From NCBI GenBank assembly GCA_032718475.1, contig JAUCBJ010001482.1:7240-71239 (forward strand): 64,000 bases of DNA, written 5' to 3'. The number at the start of each line of letters is the position of its first letter. Position 1 is the first letter of the stretch. Source of the stretch: Nemertoderma westbladi. Taxonomy: Eukaryota > Animalia > Xenacoelomorpha. Below, piece by piece: positions 34,831 to 45,074 of this stretch. Both the position numbers and the translations under genes were made by a program. The notes beneath the pieces are model-generated. The model was given only the letters and a program-made list of their open reading frames with translations. It did no database searches and was not told the DNA's origin.

Positions 34831-35103
34831 GGTTGCGGTTGGTGACTGGTGGTACCTTTTACAACAGTGCAATAATAGTTTCAGTATGGCGATCTTTATA
34901 AACTTAGTCACATATATTAGTTTTTCCGAGGAAATAATTCTTCTTATATTTACCACCCCCCCCCCCCCCCCCCCCCCCCGCACAACACAGTTCTACATTT
35001 AACACAATTCATTAACACAAACACACTGGCTGTTATTATTAAGTATTTTAATTTAGTTCAAATAATAATTTACCGAAACTCATTTATTTTGTTTACTTTG
35101 TAG

Positions 35104-35212
35104 AATAAGCGTGGCGAGGAATTCTATACGACTACGACCCCGTCGTTATATCTGCTCTAAATGTAAAGCGGCCTCGTTCGCGCCCACCAACGTGTCTAAG
35201 GATTCCGGTTAG
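35104..35212 (+). CDS. PWWP2-like host gene, coding exon 3 (ends at TAG 35210-35212 or splices at 35207|gttagt)
   Basis: Acceptor tttgtag, in frame with exon 2; encodes IRLRPRRYICSKCK, resembling the PWWP2A/B RLRPRQVLCxKCK motif. Confidence 0.72.
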
Positions 35213-36419
35213 TGTCCAAACGATATCCAGTCGTATCGACGATGTTTAATAGCCTAGAAGTTGTAGTTTCGATACCTTTTGAATTAATTGTTGTGTAAAA
35301 TAATCCCCTTATTACTTTAAATGGTAATAAATTAAATACTGATAGTAAATACTGATCTTGGAAATCTTCCCTATAAGCTTGACTTGATCCATCCCGACAC
35401 TAGTTCCGCACCCGCCGCAGCATTTAAATGAAATAGTGTTAAGTCAATAAATAATTATTTAGGAGTTCCAACTTAAAGTAATTTTTTGTAATTAACAGTT
35501 TTTAGTTATTAACAGAAACATTGAATTAAGATTAAAAACTATTTATTATATCGAAAACAAATCTAAGCTTTATTTCCCCGCCCAGGATCACTCAGTGATG
35601 TTTAATGTGTTTTAGGGATGTCCCGGAATCGATATTTTGATTCCGGCCGGAACCGGAACCGGAATTCAACATGCCGGAATATTCCGGCCGGAACCGGAAT
35701 ACGTGAAATGGTGAAATTAGTGAAATACACTAAATGACCCAGGAAATTTTATAATTTTTTATGAAACAAATGAATTTTTTTAATTTCTACAGTAAGTTTG
35801 TTAATGAGATGACTCAGAACCTTGGGGGGAATTAAGGTGGGTGGAGTGGAGAATGACCTGAGCTGTTTGTTACGGCCTATCGCGTCATTAGGTCCTTTGG
35901 TGCAATATCCTGGTGTCTTTAAGGGAAAGGAGCATGTTACAGTGGCATGTTATTCGAACCAAAACAATAAACGAGGCCAATAGTACATGTTACAGTTTAA
36001 TTGTTGCTTGGAATAAATATATTTATGGTAAGAAATGGATTTGCTGTAAATAGAAATTAAACTACTATATTATGCAGCACCTACGACGCAGGACTGAACT
36101 AACGACCACTCGCAGGACCTGTACGTATTGTAATAACGTTTATATTTATAATAGATTTAGGTTAGAGTAGTAATTGTAAATATTGTGTTAATCGTTAATC
36201 GAGTTTCATTGCTAACTAAGGTTGGCAATTTATTTAGCCTCCTGTAATTATCATATTATTTAATAATTAATGCAAAGTAAAATATTATAAATTCAATGTA
36301 AAATAATTTAAATTCAATGTAAAATATTGTAAGATCAATGTAAAATAATGTAAAATCAATCTGAAAACGCCATTTTATAAGCAAATTGTAATAAGCAAGT
36401 TGGAAAAACCACTATTTAA

Positions 36420-36756
36420 GGCCCGTGCTCCACTGGTAAGTCTTATGTAGTCTTAGTCAGAATAAATTATGGAACACATTGGTTTCAATGGGAGCGTCTC
36501 CAATGGTAAATCGTAAGTTACGACCTATGAGTCGCAAGTGATTATGTCCCATGTTCCATCTTTTGACACATGACTCATGTGTTATATCCGCCAAGATGCC
36601 TGTGATTGGTTACTTTGGGTATAATAAATATGCAGTAAATGTGAGTCGCACCTTATTTTTTTTATCAAATGACTTATGACTTATGTTACCAATGGAGCCA
36701 GGAGCCATTCATTTTGACATTCTGACTAAGCGACTTACCAGTGGAGCACGGGGGCC
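36420..36756. mobile_element. PIF/Harbinger-type MITE nested in the hAT element
   Basis: TIRs ggcccgtgctccactggtaagtc / gacttaccagtggagcacgggggcc; 3-bp TSD TAA. Confidence 0.88.
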
Positions 36757-37000
36757 TAATGATGCATTTCATAAAATATCTTCAGAACGACAAAGGGTTT
36801 AATTAGTTAATGTAAATTAAACCGGTTATGAATTGTATATGAATACTACAGTAGGTGGTGTAACAGATGGTAGTACCATTTTAGTTTGATTACCAGGTGA
36901 ATTTTTTTTGGAAATGTGTTACATACCCATCAAGACTGCATTCACTTTAATAAACTAAACAGGGTGGCTGTGAATTTTCCCTCGTTACATAGGTTAGTTA

Positions 37001-37077
37001 GGTTCCACCTTGGTGTAGTGGTTGCATTGAATTCCAATCTATCTGGAGGTCGTGGGTTCGATCCCTGCATGTGGGCC
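37001..37077 (+). pseudogene. tRNA-like sequence (SINE head or tRNA pseudogene)
   Basis: A box TGGTGTAGTGG (37011-37021), B box GGTTCGATCC (~37055-37064), partial acceptor-stem pairing; anticodon arm degenerate. Confidence 0.6.
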
Positions 37078-37698
37078 AAGGCAGTTTTCGATTCAGCACG
37101 AATGGTTTGAAGGGGCTAACCAGGGGGCATCTATGCCTTGCATCCAAATGTTAGCTCTAACGGTCGAAGAAAACTTTATTTCTATACTTTTTTACAAGTG
37201 TTGAAAAGTGTCTTAAACTAATTGGTAATATTGTGTAAAAAATATATAAATGTTGATAATAATTTAGCAAACTAATTGCAGCTATTAAACTAGATATGAA
37301 CCTTGTAATTCCGGTAAAATTCCGGCCGGAATTGACCCCATTCCGGCAATTCCGGCCAGAACCGGAATCGGGCAAAAACCGCCGGAATTCCGGCCGGAAC
37401 GGAATTCCGGGACATCCCTAATGTGTTTATTTCCCCGCTCAGACTCACCCAATGATGTATAATAGGTTTATTTCCCCTCTCAGGCTCACCCACTGATGTA
37501 TAATAGGTTTATTTTCTCGCTCAGACTTACCTAGTGATGTATAATAGGTTTATTGCCCCTCTCAGGCACACCCAGTGATGTTTAATAGGTTTATTTCCCC
37601 GCTCAGGCTCAATCAGTGATGTTTAATGTGTTTATTTCCCCTCTCAGGCTCACCCACTGATGTATAAATAGGTTTATTCTCTCGCTCAGACTCACCTA

Positions 37699-37980
37699 CT
37701 ACTAGGATCGCCATGCTGCATTGCAGCTGCATTTTCAAGAATGCTGTGCCGGCTTGTCAACAAAATTGCACCGCCACAACTCCCTATCACCCATGACATT
37801 TGCTAGATCATCCGCATCTTTAAGGCCAGTGTCCTTTAAGATGCGTCTCAAGAAAGTCATGGGCTGTCCACCATGCTTATTCACTCCATGAGGCTGCCAA
37901 AGTACAAGATTATGCACTGGCTGGTCCTCACGGCGAAAGCAATGTCCTGCAAAGCGGAGGCGATTTTGTTCTAGTGTCAA
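37699..37980 (-). mobile_element. 5'-truncated RTE-type LINE, family B, copy 1
   Basis: RLRFAGHCFR..LVLWQP C-terminus; (TAG)n tail; 15-bp TSD gctcagactcaccta (37684-37698, 37981-37995). Confidence 0.9.
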
Positions 37981-38775
37981 GCTCAGACTCACCTAGTGAT
38001 GTATAATAGGTTTATTTCCCCGCTCAGACTCACCTAGTGATGTATAATAGGTTTATTTCCCCGCTCAGAATCGCCTAGTGATGTATAATAGGTTTATTTC
38101 CCCGCCCAGGATCACTCAGTGATGTTTAATGTGTTTATTTTCCCGCTCAGGTTTACCCAGTGATGTATAATAGGTTTATTGCCCCTCTCAGGCTCACCTG
38201 GTGATGTATAATAGGTTTATTTCCCCGCCCAGGATCACTCAGTGATGTTTAATGTGTTTATTTCCCCGCTCAGACTCACCCAATGACGTATAATAGGTTT
38301 ATTTCCCCGCTCAGAATCGCCTAGTGATGTATAATAGGTTTATTTCCCCGCCCAGGATCACTCAGTGATGTTTAATGTGTTTATTTTCCCGCTCAGGTTT
38401 ACCCAGTGATATATAATAGGTTTATTGCCCCTCTCAGGCTCACCTAGTGATGTATAATAGGTTTATTTCCCCGCCCAGGATCACTCAGTGATGTTTAATG
38501 TGTTTATTTCCCCGCTCAGACTCACCCAATGACGTATAATAGGTTTATTTCCCCTCTCAGGCTCACCCACTGATGTATAATAGGTTTATTTTCTCGCTCA
38601 GACTTACCTAGTGATGTATAATAGGTTTATTGCCCCTCTCAGGCACACCCAGTGATGTTTAATAGGTTTATTTCCCCGCTCAGGCTCAATCAGTGATGTT
38701 TAATGTGTTTATTTCCCCTCTCAGGCTCACCCACTGATGTATAAATAGGTTTATTCTCTCGCTCAGACTCACCTA

Positions 38776-39057
38776 CTACTAGGATCGCCATGCTGCATTG
38801 CAGCTGCATTTTCAAGAATGCTGTGCCGGCTTGTCAACAAAATTGCACCGCCACAACTCCCTATCACCCATGACATTTGCTAGATCATCCGCATCTTTAA
38901 GGCCAGTGTCCTTTAAGATGCGTCTCAAGAAAGTCATGGGCTGTCCACCATGCTTATTCACTCCATGAGGCTGCCAAAGTACAAGATTATGCACTGGCTG
39001 GTCCTCACGGCGAAAGCAATGTCCTGCAAAGCGGAGGCGATTTTGTTCTAGTGTCAA
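38776..39057 (-). mobile_element. 5'-truncated RTE-type LINE, family B, copy 2 (part of a 1077-bp tandem duplication)
   Basis: Same ORF, junctions and TSD as copy 1, offset by 1077 bp. Confidence 0.9.
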
Positions 39058-40270
39058 GCTCAGACTCACCTAGTGATGTATAATAGGTTTATTTCCCCGC
39101 TCAGACTCACCTAGTGATGTATAATAGGTTTATTTCCCCGCTCAGAATCGCCTAGTGATGTATAATAGGTTTATTTCCCCGCCCAGGATCACTCAGTGAT
39201 GTTTAATGTGTTTATTTTCCCGCTCAGGTTTACCCAGTGATGTATAATAGGTTTATTGCCCCTCTCAGGCTCACCTGGTGATGTATAATAGGTTTATTTC
39301 CCCGCCCAGGATCACTCAGTGATGTTTAATGTGTTTATTTCCCCGCTCAGACTCACCCATTGATGTATAATAGGTTTATTGCCCCTCTCAGGCTCACCCA
39401 GTGATGTTTAATAGGTTTATTTCCCCGCTCAGACTCACGTAGTGGTATATAATAGGTTTATTTCCCCGCTCAGGCTCAATCAGTGATGTATAATAGGTTT
39501 ATTTCCCCGCTCAGGCTCATCCAGTGATGTTTAATAGGTTTATTTCCCCTCTCAGGCTCACCCACTGATGTATAAATAGGTTTATTTTCTCGCTCAGACT
39601 CACCTAGTGATGTATAATAGGTTTATTTCCCCGCTCAGACTCACCTAGTGATGTATAATAGGTTTATTTCCCCGCTCAGAATCACCTAGTGATGTATAAT
39701 AGGTTTATTTCCCCGCTCAGGATCACTCAGTGATGTTTAATGTGTTTATTTTCCCGCTCAGGTTTACCCAGTGATGTATAATAGGTTTATTGCCCCTCTC
39801 AGGCTCACCTAGTGATGTATAATAGGTTTATTTCCCCGCCCAGGATCACTCAGTGATGTTTAATGTGTTTATTTTCCCGCTCAGGTTTACCCAGTGATGT
39901 ATATTAGGTTTATTTCCCCGCTCAGGCTCATCCAGTGATGTTTAAAGGTTTTATTTCCCCTCTCAGGCTCACCTAGTGATGTATAAATAGGTCTATTTTC
40001 TCGCTCAGACTCACCTAGTGATGTATAATAGGTTTATTTCCCCTCTCAGGCTCACCCACTGATGTATAAATAGGTCTATTTTCTCGCTCAGACTCACCTA
40101 GTGATGTATAATAGGTTTATTTCCCCGCTCAGACTCACCTAGTGATGTATAATAGGTTTATTTCCCCGCTCAGAATCACCTAGTGATGTATAATAGGTTT
40201 ATTTCCCCGCCCAGGATCACTCAGTGATGTTTAATGTGTTTATTTTCCCGCTCAGGCTCACCTACTACTA

Positions 40271-43200
40271 CTAGGTCGAGCGAACTCGGACAGTGGAAAT
40301 GAGATCCTTCCAGGCTTCCCGATTCTCCATAGTTGTCGCAATTTCGTTTCTCCCAAGTTCAGTATCCCTTTCAAGTTGATCTATATATGTTATGGCAGGT
40401 CGTCCACGACTACGCTTTCCATGAGTTGGTTGCCAGAGAAGTAGATCTGGTATGACCTCGTCTTTACTTCGCCAGCAGTGCCCACTGAATCTTAATCTGC
40501 GTTCGCGGAGGGTGGTTGATACAGGTGGTATTGTACCATAAAGCTCGGCGTTTGTCATGTGTTGTCTCCAGCTGATGTTTAGGGCTGCCCTTAGTAGTCT
40601 TCTGTAGCAACCATCAATTCGTTGTTCAAGTGATTTAGTCAGTGTCCAGGTCTCACCCCCGTATAAAAATACACTTTCCACTGTGGCTCGAAAGAACTTG
40701 GTCTTCAGGTGCCTGGAGAGATCTGATTTCCAGATGGTATCCATTTTTGATAGAGCTACCCAAGCCTTTGCTTTCCTAACTTCTATGTCCTTTTTGCTAC
40801 TCTCTATCCATGATCCAAGGTACTGGAAGTCATCGACCTTCCTTAGTTGATTATTATCAATGGTTGTCAAGTTTCCATCAACATTAAAGGTCATGAATTC
40901 GGTCTTGGTAGCATTTATATGCAATCCAACCTCCTTAGCAGCCCTCTCCACTTTATTTAGTAGAAGCTGTGCATCTGCTAGCGTATTAGAGAGCAGGGCG
41001 ATGTCATCCGCAAAGTCAGTGTCTGTGACTGTAGTTGCCGGATATCTACTACTTCTGCGTTCTTGAAGTGTGAATCCCAGATCTTCACCCTTTGTGGCCG
41101 TCCTCATTGCGTAATCCAGCACAATTACAAATAGTAATGGTGCTAATGTGTCACCTTGCAGTACGCCAGCCAGGATTGAGAAAAACTCAGTTTCACCATC
41201 TGGTGAGAGTACCTGCGCTTCTGTGTCACAATATAGCAATCCAATGCCAGCAACAATTACTTCTGGTATTCCATAAGCTCTTAGGATTTCAAGCATTTTA
41301 CCTCTATGGATGGAGTCGAATGCCTTCTTGAAGTCCACAAAAGTCATGACTGCGGGGAGATTCTTTGACTTAATTCCTTCAATCAGTCTCCGTAGTGCAA
41401 GTATCTGAGCTATTGTTGATCTACTTGGTCGAAATCCGTTTTGGCTCTTACGCAGTAGTTTCTCTATGTGAGGCCTAATCCTATATAGAATCATTTTATT
41501 GTATATTTTGGCAGCTACCACAAGCAGACAGATCCCACGATAGTTTGTTGGTATGCCGAGGTCTCCTTTCTTGGGGAGAGGCTTTAGTTGACCTTTAGTC
41601 CAAATTGGTGGTGGCTTTTCCCCTTTTAACATCCGGTTGCAAACATTCAATAATGGTCTATTTAGCACTCCGGTTTTCCATACCTCCGCTGGGATTTCAT
41701 CTAATCCACTCGCTTTATTATTGGACATGCTTTTAATGCTTCTTTGGAGTTCGGCAGGTGTGAAGTCCCCTGTTTCTATAGGTAGTGTCTTGTCATATAT
41801 TTTCCTTGTAGGGCTGACCTCGATGTTTGGTGGCTGCCCAAGCAAGTTGCTGAAGTGATTTTTCCACTTCCCAACACGTTCTTCAGGACTATCGGCTTTG
41901 AGGCGCCCCTTTGCACAACTTTTCCGACCAGATACCTCATTTACAGTTTGCCAGGTAAGTCTTGATTGTTGCTGTATGTGAGCTGTTGTAATTGCTTCAG
42001 TTTTATCCTGTATGTACTTTTCCTGGCTGATGTTGTAGGCCAATTTAAGATCGTCCTTCGCTTTCTCAACCTTGTTAATGTTTTCGGTTGTTGGTTGTTC
42101 GGTTTTAACTTTGTAGGCTATCTTAAGATCTTCTCTCTTACAAGTAACCTCAGAGTTTTGCCATGGCACATACTGTTTTCGTTTAGGTTTCTGGGGGATA
42201 TGCCTCTTAGCTGATTCCTTGTGGGCTGTTATTATATTCTGGTATATTGAATCGGTGGATTGGTCTTCATCCATTGACTGAAGTGCTTCAAAGCGGTTTT
42301 GAACTTCTACTGTATAAGCATCCTTTACAGCATTGTCAGTTCTGAGTTTCTCCCAGTCATAGTTGATATGCTTGCTTGTCCTGGGTTTGCTGGCTCTCAA
42401 ACTGAGTCTGATCTCTGCAGTCACAATTCTGTGGTCCGAACCAATTAGGTTGAACGAGCTGTATGCCTCGCAGTTGATCATGCTATTTCTCCACTTTTTG
42501 TTTATAAGGATGTAATCCAGTTGTGCTTTGGTTCCATTAGGGTATTGAAAGGTCCATAGCTTCCCCTTACTCTTTTCGAATGTGTTGTTTGTTGGTATCA
42601 ATTCACATTCTTCCATTAGGTCTAAGAGTAAGTACCCATTTCTGTTAGAACTGGTGTTATAGGTGTAACCCTTGATGTCTTCTGGGCCAATTTGCGCATT
42701 CAGGTCACCAGCAATGACTTTAACATTGTGTTTCGGGATGTCCTTAATAAGTCCAGTCAGTTCTTCATAAAACTTGACTGCTTGTTCTGGCTCTGATGCA
42801 TTGGTTGGACTGTAGCAACATATAACTGTTGTCTTGGGATTCCCATCAAATGTTGCGATCATAACCCTGGAATTTATAGATTCGATGTTGTTTAGGGTCT
42901 TAAGTGCAAATGGGCTTAGCAGAATTCCTACTCCACCAATTGATGCATTGGCCGAGTTTCTTACTGCTGAGCTTGTTACTAACGTCCATCCATTTCCAAT
43001 GTCATTGTACTTCATGGCAGTGTCTTCATGACAAATCCGATGTTCTTGGATGCAGATGATGTCGATGTTATATTCCATTGCCAGAGCGACCATGTCACCC
43101 TGTTTGCTCTGTGCTTTCAGCGTGCGTGCGTTCATTGTAGCAATCTTTAGTGTCTTTTTACATTTCAACAGGTTGGTTCTTCTTTCTTCTCTGTCTTCTG

Positions 43201-43312
43201 TTCCAGTAGCCAATTTATCGACCCCAGCCTGGTGTACCACTGAGGGACGCGGTCCTTGTTGACCCGGGCGACGACCGAGCCGGTATTTCTCCTGGAGGGT
43301 TCTCATACTCAT
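40271..43312 (-). CDS. RTE-type LINE ORF: AP endonuclease plus reverse transcriptase, intact
   Basis: 1013 aa: ATMNARTL, IQEHR, AGDLNA, LDYIL, SDHR (APE); VDFKKAFDS, GVLQGDTLAP, FADD (RT). Stop codon is the first unit of a (TAG)4 tail. Confidence 0.96.
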   Translation of the reverse strand: MSMRTLQEKYRLGRRPGQQGPRPSVVHQAGVDKLATGTEDREERRTNLLKCKKTLKIATMNARTLKAQSKQGDMVALAMEYNIDIICIQEHRICHEDTAMKYNDIGNGWTLVTSSAVRNSANASIGGVGILLSPFALKTLNNIESINSRVMIATFDGNPKTTVICCYSPTNASEPEQAVKFYEELTGLIKDIPKHNVKVIAGDLNAQIGPEDIKGYTYNTSSNRNGYLLLDLMEECELIPTNNTFEKSKGKLWTFQYPNGTKAQLDYILINKKWRNSMINCEAYSSFNLIGSDHRIVTAEIRLSLRASKPRTSKHINYDWEKLRTDNAVKDAYTVEVQNRFEALQSMDEDQSTDSIYQNIITAHKESAKRHIPQKPKRKQYVPWQNSEVTCKREDLKIAYKVKTEQPTTENINKVEKAKDDLKLAYNISQEKYIQDKTEAITTAHIQQQSRLTWQTVNEVSGRKSCAKGRLKADSPEERVGKWKNHFSNLLGQPPNIEVSPTRKIYDKTLPIETGDFTPAELQRSIKSMSNNKASGLDEIPAEVWKTGVLNRPLLNVCNRMLKGEKPPPIWTKGQLKPLPKKGDLGIPTNYRGICLLVVAAKIYNKMILYRIRPHIEKLLRKSQNGFRPSRSTIAQILALRRLIEGIKSKNLPAVMTFVDFKKAFDSIHRGKMLEILRAYGIPEVIVAGIGLLYCDTEAQVLSPDGETEFFSILAGVLQGDTLAPLLFVIVLDYAMRTATKGEDLGFTLQERRSSRYPATTVTDTDFADDIALLSNTLADAQLLLNKVERAAKEVGLHINATKTEFMTFNVDGNLTTIDNNQLRKVDDFQYLGSWIESSKKDIEVRKAKAWVALSKMDTIWKSDLSRHLKTKFFRATVESVFLYGGETWTLTKSLEQRIDGCYRRLLRAALNISWRQHMTNAELYGTIPPVSTTLRERRLRFSGHCWRSKDEVIPDLLLWQPTHGKRSRGRPAITYIDQLERDTELGRNEIATTMENREAWKDLISTVRVRST

Positions 43313-43319
43313 ATCTTTC

Positions 43320-43362
43320 AGTTGCGGGGGTAAACCGCTTGTGGTCGCAACTCCTACAAGCG
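43320..43362 (-). promoter_or_regulatory. Predicted H-type RNA pseudoknot 7 nt upstream of the LINE ATG
   Basis: Two interleaved perfect 7-bp stems: 43320-43326 with 43346-43352, and 43336-43342 with 43356-43362. Confidence 0.7.
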
Positions 43363-43543
43363 TGAATTTTGTAAAACATTAAATTAATAGAAGTAATTAA
43401 AAACAAATAAATAAATAAACCAGATTTTAAACACGTTAATGCATTTCAAAATCTTCAGAACGTTTGGTTTTCAAAAATAAATAAATCTTTTATTACAAAC
43501 TTAAAAATTATAAAATTAAAAAATTAAAATTAAAAATTTTTTT

Positions 43544-43680
43544 GTTATTTTTAGGAATTAAGTTTTATTTACTGTTTTAATATAATAAAATAAATATATT
43601 TCAAGGGCTAAGGGCCCATTGGGCCCTTAGCCCTTGAAATATATAAATACAGTAAATAAAACTTAATTCTTAAAAATAAC
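43544..43680. repeat. Foldback palindrome
   Basis: Perfect 25-bp arms 43594-43618 / 43620-43644 around one base, plus ~32-bp outer arms. Confidence 0.9.
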
Positions 43681-43712
43681 ATAATATGAATTATAACATC
43701 TCTATTTTTAAT

Positions 43713-44429
43713 TTACACAGGTTTTTTGGTGTTAGCAATTGGATGGAATTTCATGGGATGGGATTTCATAAGAGTTTTCAAACTTGTATTTTTCGCAGGT
43801 GGGTGAAAATTGTTGTGCCAGCACCAAATTTTTGGAAAATAAGCAAATTGATCAGTATATAGTATCATATTGTTTCTTGCGTTATACGGGTTTATGAGGG
43901 TCCTGAATCCGATGGAATCAATAAAAACAGCACTGGACATCGTAAACTTGTACTTTTTAGCTAGCACCAAAATTTGTTAAATTACGCCGAAAAATACAAG
44001 TAGCAATGATCTGGCATATTAGAAATGTATTCCATCAGTATCAGCACACTAGAAAACCCGAAAATGTAAATTTATAGCATCGTATAAGTGAATTAAAAAA
44101 TTTGTGTTCTAACTGAAAAGTGCTGGTTACTTGTTTTTTTCATTTTTTTCCTACTCAGAGAGGACTAAACAGCCATTTATAGTAATCATATCATTTTTAA
44201 ATATTTTCCAATGTATTTTGCGCCCCAGAAATCCTGTATTGAAAAACAATTAGCTGAAAAAGGTAACTTTCAAATTTTGTGAAAATTGTGCACTACTTGT
44301 AAATTTGGTGCTGCAATATAACCACCCCAGTACATTTTTTCGAAAATTTTTGTTTTCGGTCGGATCCAACTAGTGATACCTACGTACAAACAAAAAATCA
44401 GATGTTTTCGTACAAATTTGTAGATTTTA

Positions 44430-44460
<31 letters not shown>

Positions 44461-44522
44461 TGTGGGGGGTGATCCCCCCGGTATTTGTACAACATTTTAT
44501 AGCTCGGTTAGAATAGGGTTAA
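43713..44522. mobile_element. Non-autonomous TTAA-type (piggyBac-like) element, right part
   Basis: Ends gaatagggTTAA; the last ~220 bp recur inverted at 57501-57680. Left boundary uncertain. Confidence 0.65.
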
Positions 44523-45074
44523 ACCTCTACTTTTATATATATCTTCTGATCAGCCATCAACTAACAACTTCTATATTATCATTTGCATTAAATATTATAT
44601 CCAATTTAGCAACGGTGTACATTTTGTATTCGAGTAATAATGGATGTGAAATTCTTCACTGTATAGAAGAACGGTAGTTCGTTGAACTCAATGGAGACCT
44701 CATGTCGCTATTATAGTTTACATGGCTGATGATGTTATAAGAGAAGAAAGAGTGTTTTATAGCACAGAGTTTAAAAAGTAAGATCAATAATTTACATTAC
44801 AATGGTATACTGTTAAACCATCCCAGCTACATATATAATACAATTCTGCATTCAATTATTCAACACATTAGGTATACAAGCAAGAGTGTAGGTCTACAGT
44901 ACTACAAAATATAAAGGTAGTTTATTAGCTTTAATGCAAGATTTCCGTCAATTATATTTTGTAATTTTTCTAGGACAATGATGTACAAAAGCTTTAGTTA
45001 AGTAGGTAAATATAGTATAGCTTAGCTTGTCTGGTAGTGAAACAATTAGTTAGGGCAGAAATGTTAATAAATAG

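Larger units (their letters stand above)
35613..37420. mobile_element. Non-autonomous hAT (Ac-like) element
   Basis: TIRs tagggatgtcccggaat / attccgggacatcccta; 8-bp TSD ATGTGTTT (35605-35612, 37421-37428); many subterminal CCGGAA/TTCCGG motifs. Confidence 0.93.
35568..40264. repeat. 41-bp satellite array interrupted by a hAT element and LINE insertions
   Basis: Unit ctagtgatgtataataggtttatttccccgctcagactcac and variants; one unit at 35568-35612, the rest at 37421-40264. Confidence 0.95.

Noticed and set aside
37001-37077. Functional tRNA gene
   Set aside because: D and anticodon arms do not fold cleanly and it lies inside a transposon
43320-43362. HDV-like ribozyme at the LINE 5' end
   Set aside because: Only two stems are present, with no room for P3/L3, P1.1 or P4
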